In this document: in pieces, positions 1 to 8,340 of the stretch
How the letters are laid out: every line of letters starts with the position of its first letter
How positions within the stretch are numbered: the first letter of the stretch is position 1
From: Nitrosopumilus sp.
GTDB taxonomy: Archaea > Thermoproteota > Nitrososphaeria > Nitrososphaerales > Nitrosopumilaceae
Direction of reading: 5' to 3'
Length of the DNA stretch: 32,000 nt
NCBI GenBank assembly: GCA_965238065.1
Contig: OZ250170.1
Span: forward strand, 1,148,422 to 1,180,421
Made by a program: the position numbers and the translations under genes
The notes under the pieces: generated by a model
Seen by the model: only the letters and a program-made list of their open reading frames with translations
Told to the model about the DNA's origin: nothing
Databases searched by the model: none

Positions 1-542
1 CTAAACACATTACGCATCTTTTCTACTTGTTCTCACTTGGAGTTCCAGCATACAGAATACGATTCTATGCAAGAACAAGCCTCAAAACAAGAGCACACAT
101 TTAGAATATTTCGAGAAGCAATCTACGATTCATCAATGGTTAATCTCAGACTAGCTGGCAAGCTGGAACTTGATGAAGCCATGTTTGGCGGACATCATAA
201 GGGAAAACGTGGATAGGGTGCCGAAGGCAAGACATTGGTGTTTGGAATATACAAGAGAAGCGGACATGTAATGACGTTTCCAGTACCTGGCAGAAAATAG
301 GATACACTTGAAATTAATTAAAAAGCACACAAGAAAAGGCTCGCTGTACTATACAGATGACTATACATATATGCTTCTTTGGTAATGAGAGGTAAACACA
401 AAGTTGTATCTCATGAAATTAACAGTATGTCAGAGGCGATGCTCACATCAACGGAATGGAGCTTGCAATGGATGGATAGTTGAAACCGCCTCCTGTTCCA
501 CCTCCAGATTAGTCATGATTGTAAGCACATCTGGGTTAACTG
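1..542 (+). mobile_element. Decayed IS1595-family (ISXO2-like DDE) transposase remnant, cut by the window edge. It ends in a 61-bp terminal module shared with the IS at 11487-12788.
   Basis: Frame 1 reads ...LAGKLELDEAMFGGHHKGKRG*GAEGKTLVFGIYKRSGHVMTFPVPGRK*DTL. Shifted frames give KGSLYYTDDYTY and RGDAHINGME. These are the DE..GG.KGKRGRG, TD and H.N..E motifs of DDE_Tnp_IS1595. In-frame stops lie at 214-216 and 298-300, with at least 2 frameshifts. Bases 482-542 are ~88-92% identical to 12728-12788 and 29936-29996. Confidence 0.6.
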
Positions 543-585
543 AAGACTGGTAAAACTTTATAACCTTTTTGAGGATGTTTTTAGT

Positions 586-909
586 GTGTTTAATTTCAAA
601 TCATACCTGATCTTCCTATTTATATCACTAGCAATCAGTATCGGATTACAGTTGATGCTTCCATTCCCATACGGTTTGGCAGCTGCACTAGGTATTTTTG
701 TTGCATTTCCCTTATTACTAAAAAGACGATACACGAGCCGCATGCGCAATTATGGCGGTGACTCTGAGACAAGTGGTGGAGGATTCTTTGGAATGGGTTC
801 ACAGGGAGGCTCTGCTAGAGTTAACTATGTCTGCCTTGTATGTAACAACAAACACAAAGGCGGTACTTGTCCTCGATGCGGATCAAAGATGCAACGGGCG
901 GATTTTTAA
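586..909 (+). CDS. Small membrane protein with C-terminal zinc ribbon
   Basis: GTG-start ORF of 107 aa. Two hydrophobic helices at the N-terminus, a Gly-rich linker, then CLVCNNKHKGGTCPRC (CxxC..CxxC). Confidence 0.55.
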   Translation: MFNFKSYLIFLFISLAISIGLQLMLPFPYGLAAALGIFVAFPLLLKRRYTSRMRNYGGDSETSGGGFFGMGSQGGSARVNYVCLVCNNKHKGGTCPRCGSKMQRADF

Positions 910-915
910 CAGGGT

Positions 916-1236
916 ATGTCACTAGATGAGATTCGAAAAAAGGTGATCTTTCACAATTCCGTTGATGTCTGGATTGCAGCATGCTATGAGAAAAATACCA
1001 AATGGACAAACACTCTGGACTATAAAAGATTCATTTCTTACTTGCTTGAGAAGAATCTGAATCTCAAGGCGTTTAATCTGTGTGCGCATGAAGCCGGAGC
1101 CACCGAGGAAGAAAAGACAAAGTTTACTGACGTCCTGGCTGAAACAAAAGATGATCCAAACTCATTGACATACACAATCAAGCTAAACGACGCTGCCTTG
1201 AGTGTCATTAGAAGTTATGACATGTTCATCTCTTGA
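916..1236 (+). CDS. Hypothetical protein
   Basis: ATG ORF of 106 aa, 7 nt after the previous stop. No motif recognised. Confidence 0.45.
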   Translation: MSLDEIRKKVIFHNSVDVWIAACYEKNTKWTNTLDYKRFISYLLEKNLNLKAFNLCAHEAGATEEEKTKFTDVLAETKDDPNSLTYTIKLNDAALSVIRSYDMFIS

Positions 1237-2593
1237 GCTTTGGATTAACTATAACATCAAGTGCATTTCCAATAAAGACAAATGCGAGACCGGTTATGGC
1301 AATCATTATTCCCGGCGGCATTATCCACCACCATAATCCTCTTGGTGCCGCACCAAACGTATTTGCATCGTGTAAAATCTGTCCCCATGTCGGAAATGAA
1401 GGATCACCTAGTCCAAGAAAACTCAGACCAGCCTCAGTGGTAATAGCTGCTGGAACAGATATTGCAATGCTTGCAAATGCATAAGGCAGTAATTGTGGCA
1501 AGATGTGCTTGAGAATTATTTTGGAATCTTTTTGACCCATCATGTTTGCAGCATCCACAAACCCCCGGGTCTTTATCTGAAGCGACATGCTTCTTGATAC
1601 TTTTGCAATTCCTACCCAACCGAACATCATCAAAAACCCCACCATTAGAAATATACTGTTGCTGATTGTCACTGAGAGAATGATGAGAAACGGAAGTACG
1701 GGCAATGCATAGATTACGTCATTGAATCGCATCATCGTCTCATCAGTCTTTTTGCCCCTAAATCCAGCATAGATACCATAAAACAATCCCATTGTCACGG
1801 ATGCAATTGCAACAACAATGCCAATGAACAGTGCGAGTGGGGTTCCCCACAATAATCCTATTGCCAAGTCGCGTCTCAGCTCATCGGTTCCCATTATCCC
1901 AAACGCTTTGCCGCCAATGATTAGTTTTGATTCTGGGATTTTGACTAAAGAATCTACTGAATACAAATCCACTAAAAAGACGTAATTTCCCTTTAGAGGC
2001 TCGTGTGTCAGTGTTTTTGAGAAAATAATATCCTCAGAGGATAGCCTGTTAGTGACAAATGCAAATAGTTTGGATTGGAATGACAGGTTTTTCATAATTG
2101 TGCCATCAGTTGAAAAGATTCTTTCAGTGTGAGTCGTTTTTAAATTCGAGAATGGGAGCGATGTTGATACTAGTTCAAGTTTAATGCCGTCAGGTCTGAT
2201 TACGGTCATTTGTAGTAGGGGAGAGCCAGAGTATTCTGATGAAAACTCGTATATGAAATCATTTGGAAAGTCATCATAGTCAAAATTCACTCCAAACTGA
2301 TGCGATATACGCGAAATCTCTCCCTGTGAACTTGTGTGAATGCTTGGCGTCTCTAGAATTCTATGCTCTGGGATCTTTTCTGCAGTAAAAAGATTCGCCC
2401 AGATTGGAATTGCGACCTTTGGATATGAAATCCAATGACTTGGATTGTTCCACTCTTGAAACGTATCAAGTGGAATTACAATCATGGTAATCATTGATGT
2501 TGCAACAAGTATTGCAAGAATTGTAATTCCTGCAATTCCCATCCTACTTTTGAGAAATTCTTGTCTTATTTCTCGTGGGTCCATACTACTCAT
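1226..2593 (-). CDS. ABC transporter permease, oligopeptide/dipeptide DppC/OppC type
   Basis: 455-aa ORF with multiple TM helices and the typical C-terminal half (ITTEAGLSFLGLGDPSFPTWGQILHDA). Its start overlaps the stop of the upstream permease gene by 4 nt (ATGA at 2590-2593). Confidence 0.9.
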   Translation of the reverse strand: MSSMDPREIRQEFLKSRMGIAGITILAILVATSMITMIVIPLDTFQEWNNPSHWISYPKVAIPIWANLFTAEKIPEHRILETPSIHTSSQGEISRISHQFGVNFDYDDFPNDFIYEFSSEYSGSPLLQMTVIRPDGIKLELVSTSLPFSNLKTTHTERIFSTDGTIMKNLSFQSKLFAFVTNRLSSEDIIFSKTLTHEPLKGNYVFLVDLYSVDSLVKIPESKLIIGGKAFGIMGTDELRRDLAIGLLWGTPLALFIGIVVAIASVTMGLFYGIYAGFRGKKTDETMMRFNDVIYALPVLPFLIILSVTISNSIFLMVGFLMMFGWVGIAKVSRSMSLQIKTRGFVDAANMMGQKDSKIILKHILPQLLPYAFASIAISVPAAITTEAGLSFLGLGDPSFPTWGQILHDANTFGAAPRGLWWWIMPPGIMIAITGLAFVFIGNALDVIVNPKLKR

Positions 2594-3645
2594 TGGCCAG
2601 TCCTCACTCTGGGATCAAAATATCCATAAAGCAGATCTGCAATAAATATGCTGACAAGGAAAAATACCGTGAGAATATAAGTAGAGCCAATAATTACTGG
2701 CAAGTCCATCACAGTAATTGCCTCAAAGTACAGTCTTCCCATACCTGGCCAGTCAAAGACTGCTTCAGTAATGATTGCGCCACCAAGAGACCCTGACAAA
2801 CTGAGTGCCAGAATTGTCACAATTGGCGGGGCTGCATTTTTTAGGGCATGTGTATAGATTATCTTTTTTTGCCTGATCCCAATCGTCCTTTTAGCCATGA
2901 TAAAGTCTTCTTGCATGATTCCAACCATGAAATTTCTTACCAGATAGGCCCACGAACCAAAACCAATCATTACGATTGTGATTAATGGTAATGTCATGTG
3001 GTACAACAATGCACCGATGTATCGGGCATCTGATGAAGGAATATCCGGAGTTGCCCTTGCAGGAAATATCTGATACGTAAATGCAAACAAGAATATCATC
3101 AGCATTCCTATCCACCACACGGGAAAGCTAGAACTGATTATTGCAAAGCTTGATGTCACCCTGTCCACAACAGAGCCAACCTTGCTGCTAGATAATGCCC
3201 CAAGAAAGATACCCAGAATTGAGATGATTATGGTGGCAGTTGTAAAGAGTAGAATTGTTCTTGGAAGCTTTTCCAGGATAATGTCTTTGACATCAGAAGA
3301 ACCAGAATCGCTAATAAGAAATGTCGCATGTCCGAAATCAAGTAGCAGTATTTTGTACATTGTAAGGCCAATCCTTTGCGGAGAGTACCACGGTTCATTC
3401 AGCCCCAGAAGCTTGATTCGCTGATCTATCTGGGTTTGAACAAAGGCCTCAAACTCTCCGACTGATGAAAAGCTTTGGGCCATGGTAGGATCATTTGTTA
3501 TCTCTGTTCTGACCTGAAAAACAACCCCTTGTTTTAGTATGATATCCATGTTGGAGCCAACAAGTGCGATTGTGATTAATAGGGTAATCATCAAAACAGC
3601 AAACATTGTTATCATTCTTGTGGCAACATATCTCTTTAGACCCAA
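2590..3645 (-). CDS. ABC transporter permease, DppB/OppB type. Start uncertain; the maximal ORF runs to 3867.
   Basis: C-terminal motif ITEAVFDWPGMGRLYFEAI and 6 TM helices. The family-typical N-terminus (GLKRYVATRMITMF...) begins at the TTG at 3645. The extra 74 codons up to 3867 run through a (T5G)n microsatellite and into a MITE, so they are unlikely to be coding. Confidence 0.85.
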   Translation of the reverse strand: MGLKRYVATRMITMFAVLMITLLITIALVGSNMDIILKQGVVFQVRTEITNDPTMAQSFSSVGEFEAFVQTQIDQRIKLLGLNEPWYSPQRIGLTMYKILLLDFGHATFLISDSGSSDVKDIILEKLPRTILLFTTATIIISILGIFLGALSSSKVGSVVDRVTSSFAIISSSFPVWWIGMLMIFLFAFTYQIFPARATPDIPSSDARYIGALLYHMTLPLITIVMIGFGSWAYLVRNFMVGIMQEDFIMAKRTIGIRQKKIIYTHALKNAAPPIVTILALSLSGSLGGAIITEAVFDWPGMGRLYFEAITVMDLPVIIGSTYILTVFFLVSIFIADLLYGYFDPRVRTGQ

Positions 3646-3800
3646 TAATCTCAGGTAATGATATTGGTTTATAATAATTTCAACATTGCTTGCTGGCCAG
3701 TTAACTAAACAGACCAGAGACAGGCTCTGGGCAGAAAAGCAGAGCAGTTCTCCAACCCGTATTAGGGCATCGCCGGAGATATCTCCTTTGTGGTAATTTT

Positions 3801-3824
3801 TTTTTGTTTTTGTTTTTGTTTTTG
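3801..3824. repeat. (TTTTTG)x4 microsatellite preceded by a T run
   Basis: Read directly: tttttg tttttg tttttg tttttg, upstream of the permease operon start. Confidence 0.9.
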
Positions 3825-3882
3825 TGAAATTATGTAATTGTTTACAGTTTTGAAGTATTACGCACAAGATATGTCAAAACAG

Positions 3883-4050
3883 GCAACTGTCTACAGTTTT
3901 GAAAGCAAGAGTTTAGGTCTCCTGACTAGAACATCTAAAATTCGTGCTCAGCCTAAACTCTTACTTTTAAAGTATTACGCACAAGATATGTCAAAACTGG
4001 TTATTTTTTTGACACAAACACGAAGGAACTTTAAAACTCTAGATAATTAC
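3883..4050 (+). mobile_element. MITE-A copy (inner), itself carrying a MITE-C
   Basis: Complete MITE-A (gcaactgtctacag...aaaactctagataattac) flanked by the 8-bp direct repeat CAAAACAG. Confidence 0.9.
3905..3964. mobile_element. MITE-C copy (60-bp hairpin element) inside the inner MITE-A
   Basis: 13-bp TIR GCAAGAGTTTAGG / CCTAAACTCTTAC. Flanks are TTTTGAAA and TTTTAAAG, each 7/8 to the canonical MITE-A sequence TTTTGAAG. Second copy at 15832-15889. Confidence 0.8.
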
Positions 4051-4194
4051 CAAAACAGGTTATTTTTTCGACACAAACACGAAGGAACTTTAAAACTGTA
4101 AACAGCTACAGAGATTGGGTCTAATTGTAATTACGCAAGATGTCTAATATACAGTCCTTTTAACTTTGAAAAAATTCAAATTCCCCCATTGTTT

Positions 4195-4341
4195 ATGACA
4201 GATAAGATGATTTGTGCCGCATGTGAGACAAGAAAACACTTTGAATGTATTGACTGTATAAATAATCATAAAATTCATCTGTGTTCCTGTGATTGTCATG
4301 ATGAAAATACGGAACCACATCCAGTGGGAAATTCCCACTGA
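4195..4341 (+). CDS. Small Cys/His-rich (probable metal-binding) protein, 48 aa
   Basis: Own translation: MTDKMICAACETRKHFECIDCINNHKIHLCSCDCHDENTEPHPVGNSH* (7 Cys, 6 His, CxxC, CxxC and CxCxC spacing). Below the 60-aa cutoff of the supplied track. Converges on the PAC2 gene with a 2-nt gap. Confidence 0.45.
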   Translation: MTDKMICAACETRKHFECIDCINNHKIHLCSCDCHDENTEPHPVGNSH

Positions 4342-4343
4342 AC

Positions 4344-5024
4344 CTAATTCCGAAAGTCCCTTTCAATATTTTGTGCCAATGCTTCCAGCTGACTTGTGTC
4401 TCCAAACTTTCGGTATGTTAATTTTTCAAGGGTCTTGATTATGCTAATTGCCGCCCTATACTGCGGAATGTCTGGCACGTTTAGTTCCCCGTACATTCCT
4501 ATTCCATGAATTCCATTCTGCTTTGCAAATCCCAGAATTAATCCGTTGAATCCCGTAATTATTGATCTTTGAGGAGTTGTCTCCACATTGAGTCTTTCCA
4601 TCTGTTTTGTGAGTTCCATGGATGTTGTAGTGATGTACGTCTTGGGATTGCCGCCAAAACCTCTGTTAGTGTGAAAGCCGCCAAGCGTATAGATGAATTT
4701 TGCAGAGTATTTTTTTGCAATATCAATCACATCCTGACACAAAGAGTTTATCTCAGTGTTGCCTTGAGGTTGTCCTCGCCCTTCACCAAATATTATCAGG
4801 CCATCAGTATACTTGTACTTCCAACTCTCATCTGGAATCTCAATGTATCCACCTTTGTCAACTATAAATGTAGGATATGGAATACTTGCAATTCTGAATG
4901 TTTTTGCCCTCAGAGAATTGTTTATGAAATTTATCACTATGCTTCCCACATTCCCCATGTCCTGCATTGCTGCAATCACAATCGGTTTTTCCACATTTGG
5001 CTCTTGATTTTGTGTAAATTCCAC
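4344..5024 (-). CDS. PAC2-family proteasome assembly chaperone-like protein
   Basis: 226 aa. The N-terminal IVIAAMQDMGNVGSIV..., FIYTLGGF and GIHGIGMYGE segments resemble the archaeal PAC2/ATP-grasp-like family. Confidence 0.6.
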   Translation of the reverse strand: MEFTQNQEPNVEKPIVIAAMQDMGNVGSIVINFINNSLRAKTFRIASIPYPTFIVDKGGYIEIPDESWKYKYTDGLIIFGEGRGQPQGNTEINSLCQDVIDIAKKYSAKFIYTLGGFHTNRGFGGNPKTYITTTSMELTKQMERLNVETTPQRSIITGFNGLILGFAKQNGIHGIGMYGELNVPDIPQYRAAISIIKTLEKLTYRKFGDTSQLEALAQNIERDFRN

Positions 5025-5089
5025 AATTGTTCTGAGATGCGGTGGATTTTAAACGTATGTTGAAATTGAAAATTTACAAAGAAATTTTT

Positions 5090-5500
5090 TTACGAATAAT
5101 ATTTTTTAAAGCCTTTTTCAGTTGGAACAAGTTTTACTTTGACTCCAAAAGGCCCACTCTTTTTTACTACCTTCATCAATCCTTGTTTTTCCAGGTCCTT
5201 CAAGATGTCTTCGAGTTCCTGATTGTTAATGCCCAGATTTTTTTGAATTTTATTGAAATCCCGGGTACCGGTGTTTAGATCTCCTAAAACTTGCATCTCT
5301 TTGTTTTGCGGCTTTACAAATGACGGGGATTTTTCAAATGATTCCTGTCTTTGATCCGTTCCAGGATTGCTTTGACTGAACTGACTTTGGGTAAACGAGT
5401 CGTTCTTTTTTTTCCATTTCCTAACTAGACGTGGGAGTAGTCTTGCCAGAGGGATCAGGAAGAATATCAGATAAAACCACGAGAAATTTTCATCGACCAT
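5090..5500 (-). CDS. Membrane-anchored winged-helix protein (hypothetical)
   Basis: I prefer the ATG at 5500 (MVDENFSWFYLIFFLIPLARLL...). The 57 upstream codons of the track ORF (to 5671) are encoded by MITE-B at 5567-5648. The C-terminus RDFNKIQKNLGINNQELEDILKDLEKQGLMKVV looks like a wHTH. Confidence 0.6.
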   Translation of the reverse strand: MVDENFSWFYLIFFLIPLARLLPRLVRKWKKKNDSFTQSQFSQSNPGTDQRQESFEKSPSFVKPQNKEMQVLGDLNTGTRDFNKIQKNLGINNQELEDILKDLEKQGLMKVVKKSGPFGVKVKLVPTEKGFKKYYS

Positions 5501-5566
5501 GTCTAAAATGATAGTTAATGACGTATTATTTGTTATTTTATGCTGTAAACAGACATTACTTTGATC

Positions 5567-5648
5567 GTATGAATCAAGCAAAGAGCATGTTTTACGCCTA
5601 TAACGTCCAACTGTTCTAGTGGATTTAGGTGTAGAGGTTGATACATAC
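5567..5648 (+). mobile_element. MITE-B copy
   Basis: gtatgaatcaagcaaag...gaggttgatacatac, flanked by CTTTGATC at 5559-5566 and 5649-5656. Confidence 0.9.
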
Positions 5649-5656
5649 CTTTGATC

Positions 5657-5730
5657 GTATGTGCCAGGCACATGGCAACTAGACCAGATAGAATGTCTAG
5701 ACGTTTAGGCATAAGACATGCTATTCATAC
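5657..5730 (-). mobile_element. Degenerate older MITE-B copy abutting the previous one
   Basis: gtatgtgcc...gacgtttaggcataagacatgctattcatac aligns to the reverse MITE-B consensus with an internal deletion. Flanked by CTTTGATC (5649-5656) and CTTTGAAC (5731-5738). Confidence 0.6.
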
Positions 5731-5879
5731 CTTTGAACCCAGAGATCGCCTCTCAAATTTTTTTCCCAATATGTGGTAATTTTATCATATTTTAACTATT
5801 GCAGATATTAATTCATCATTTAATGATTCAAGAAAACATGAAAGATTCATAAGGCAAAAAGATAATTGACCTACAAATT

Positions 5880-7604
5880 ATGGAGACAACGCTGAAGACG
5901 ATTGGTACACTGGAATATGTGCTAGACAAATATTCCAAAATCTGGAGTTGGAAGATTTCCGGTGATCGTGCAGTAAACATGATCTCACGATTGGTTACCG
6001 AGGCATGGTACGGGGAAGATGAAAACGAAGTGATAATTCAGGACAATGTTGAAAACGTAAAACAGATCAAACTAATCATTGATCGGTATCCGCTTGAAAT
6101 TTTATCAAAATATGTGTGGCAAAGAAAGATCATAAAGATACATGATCCAAAACCTACTTTGTCTCCAATTAAACACAAGTTAAAACGCGCAAAAGTCGGG
6201 GAACAGTTCCGAGGAAAGCTTATGAATTTCCAAAAAGAAGGGTTGGATTTCTTGTTAAAATCATCAGGTAACGCCCTGCTAGCTGATGAGATGGGTCTTG
6301 GAAAGACCGTGGAGACGCTATCATACATAGCTACTGAAAAACAAACATTTCCAGTACTTGTGATTGCGCCACTAGTTACATTACACAACTGGGAACGAGA
6401 GATTGAAAAATTTCTAAAGAAAAAGAGCAGAAACGGACGAATAAATGAATCAAAATCCCCTAGTGTCACACTTATTCGGACTGGGAAATCCAAAGCACTC
6501 CCAAAGACGGACATTTACGTAATCAACTATGAATTGCTTCTCAAGAGAAGTGACGATTTGGCAAAACATCGAATAAAGACTTTGGTCTGTGACGAGGTGC
6601 ACAACCTAAGATCAAAGACCACTCAGAAATACAAGGGAGTTAAAAAACTTGCGGCATTGCCCTCAGTATTGTACAGAATCGGCCTTTCAGGCACTCCGAT
6701 ATATAATCGGGGCTCTGAAATCTGGCCAATAATTGACATCATAAGACCTGGACTGCTTGGAAGCTTTAAGGAATTTTGTGAATACTTTTGCTATGTAAAT
6801 ACAAAGGGAAAGGCCATTGTTTTAGAAAACAAGCGGGCATCGCTCAGGCATATATTGCAAAAACATGTCATGTTAAGAAGAAAAAAATCGGATGTTCTAA
6901 AGGAACTCAAAGACAAGGTTCGCTATAAGGAGGTCATCGCATCTGATACTGACTATTATCTTGAAGAATTAGATAAAATCTGGAAGAAACTAGAGGCGGA
7001 ACAAAAAAACGCAGAAACAGCATTCTCAAAGTCCGCTTCATATCAGAGGGCAATTCAAAGTGAGAGGCAGATTGCAGGCATAGCAAAGCTTTCACATGTA
7101 ATCAATTTTGTTAAAAACATCATGGAGATTGAAGAGAGCGTAGTAGTGTTTTGCCACCACAAGATAATTCACAGGTTACTCCATGAGAGTCTTGGCGAGT
7201 TTTCACCTGTTGCCATAATTGGAGGACAGACAGATTCATTCAGAGAGGATCAGATCAGTAAATTCCAGAGCGGTGAATCAAAACTGATGATTGCAGGTCT
7301 GCGTGCAGGAAACGTTGGCATTAACCTGACTAGAGCAAGATATGTCATATTTGCAGAACTTGACTGGAGTCCTGCAATTCACAGACAGGCAGAAGATAGA
7401 CTACACAGAATCGGTCAAAAAAATACTGTCTTTGCATACTATTTGATTGGAAATGGAACACTAGATGATCATGTTGCAAATATCTTGGTAGATAAGAGTT
7501 TTGAGATTGATGCAATAATTGATGATTCAGCTGACAGCTATGAAAATAAAAACAAGGCAGAACTAATCTTGGCGCAGATACAAGACAAGATTCGCTCAAA
7601 CTAG
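5880..7604 (+). CDS. SNF2/Rad54-family DEAD/H helicase
   Basis: 574 aa. Motif I LADEMGLGKT, motif II DEVH, SGTPIYN, helicase-C QAEDRLHRIGQ. An N-terminal ~110 aa has no recognised domain. Confidence 0.9.
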   Translation: METTLKTIGTLEYVLDKYSKIWSWKISGDRAVNMISRLVTEAWYGEDENEVIIQDNVENVKQIKLIIDRYPLEILSKYVWQRKIIKIHDPKPTLSPIKHKLKRAKVGEQFRGKLMNFQKEGLDFLLKSSGNALLADEMGLGKTVETLSYIATEKQTFPVLVIAPLVTLHNWEREIEKFLKKKSRNGRINESKSPSVTLIRTGKSKALPKTDIYVINYELLLKRSDDLAKHRIKTLVCDEVHNLRSKTTQKYKGVKKLAALPSVLYRIGLSGTPIYNRGSEIWPIIDIIRPGLLGSFKEFCEYFCYVNTKGKAIVLENKRASLRHILQKHVMLRRKKSDVLKELKDKVRYKEVIASDTDYYLEELDKIWKKLEAEQKNAETAFSKSASYQRAIQSERQIAGIAKLSHVINFVKNIMEIEESVVVFCHHKIIHRLLHESLGEFSPVAIIGGQTDSFREDQISKFQSGESKLMIAGLRAGNVGINLTRARYVIFAELDWSPAIHRQAEDRLHRIGQKNTVFAYYLIGNGTLDDHVANILVDKSFEIDAIIDDSADSYENKNKAELILAQIQDKIRSN

Positions 7605-8228
7605 CTAAATCCTCAACTTGTCTTTTAGTTTAGATAATTTTTCAACAATAGCATCTTTTTTTGATTGATCTATCTGAGAGTCTTGAATTTCCTTTACAAT
7701 CTCATCTAACAGAGGGAATACCTCAACTTTTGGCTTGATTTTATCAAAATCAGTATTGTCAAATCCCATGGCGTCTGTCTTGTCAATCTCTTCTATCCCT
7801 TCAGGCAAGATCTCGTATACTTTTACTAGTCTGTCTTTTTGTCTTTGTGGTGACATTAGGACAAACTGACTTTTTCTCAATTTTTCCACATCATCTGTCA
7901 GAGTATATTCAGGTGCCCCAAGAATGTCCGATATCTGTTTCATACTATATGACTTTATCTGAAGAAGACGCAGTATTTTTGCCCATGTTGGAATATTGCC
8001 GCTCCAAAGAATTTCCCGGGCAAGAACTGTAATGGAAAAAGAGCCGTCACTGTTTAGCGATATCATTTTCCTGTCTTTTAGTGATGCAAGGGCATCAAGA
8101 ATTCTTCCAACTCCCAATTCCTTCAACTCAGAGTTCTCTAGACTGCTTTCATCAAATGTTCCATTTTTTTTGATTGCCAAAGTCAAAATTTGCAAATCAA
8201 CAGTCCCTAATTTTCTCATATTATACAT
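7605..8228 (-). CDS. Hypothetical protein, possibly tandem winged-helix
   Basis: 207-aa ATG ORF, convergent with the helicase gene and directly abutting it. Segments such as LQILTLAIKKNGTFDES...ILDALASLKDRKMISL look wHTH-like, but only weakly. Confidence 0.55.
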   Translation of the reverse strand: MYNMRKLGTVDLQILTLAIKKNGTFDESSLENSELKELGVGRILDALASLKDRKMISLNSDGSFSITVLAREILWSGNIPTWAKILRLLQIKSYSMKQISDILGAPEYTLTDDVEKLRKSQFVLMSPQRQKDRLVKVYEILPEGIEEIDKTDAMGFDNTDFDKIKPKVEVFPLLDEIVKEIQDSQIDQSKKDAIVEKLSKLKDKLRI

Positions 8229-8340
8229 TATTATTCAAGAATATATGTGGATTCAGATAACATGATTTACGGTTACCTATCAACTCCCAAAATTATCCTA
8301 TGGATATGATGAATTAGAACCATTCATTGATGCAGAAACA

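Larger units (their letters stand above)
3834..4109 (+). mobile_element. MITE-A copy (outer), split by a second MITE-A
   Basis: Joining 3834-3882 and 4059-4109 reconstitutes a full ~100-bp MITE-A with TIRs gtaattgtttacagttttgaag / ctttaaaactgtaaacagctac. The interruption is flanked by CAAAACAG at 3875-3882 and 4051-4058. Confidence 0.9.

Noticed and set aside
1233-3424. Internal or antisense ORFs within the permease genes (1233-1484, 1434-1619, 2575-2796, 2891-3118, 3182-3424)
   Set aside because: They are shadows of the two ABC permease CDSs, which have clear family motifs.
3838-4101. ORF 87 aa (…KYYAQDMSKQ… twice)
   Set aside because: Encoded entirely by the nested MITE-A/MITE-C copies. 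The same peptide recurs wherever MITE-A occurs (12923-13108, 14268-14516, 22213-22554).
4144-4405. Minus-strand ORFs 4144-4338 and 4193-4405
   Set aside because: They overlap each other and the PAC2 gene end. The plus-strand 48-aa Cys/His-rich ORF explains the open frames better.
5501-5671. N-terminal 57 codons of track ORF 5090-5671
   Set aside because: They are encoded by MITE-B (5567-5648) and its flank. The internal ATG at 5500 precedes a proper TM helix.
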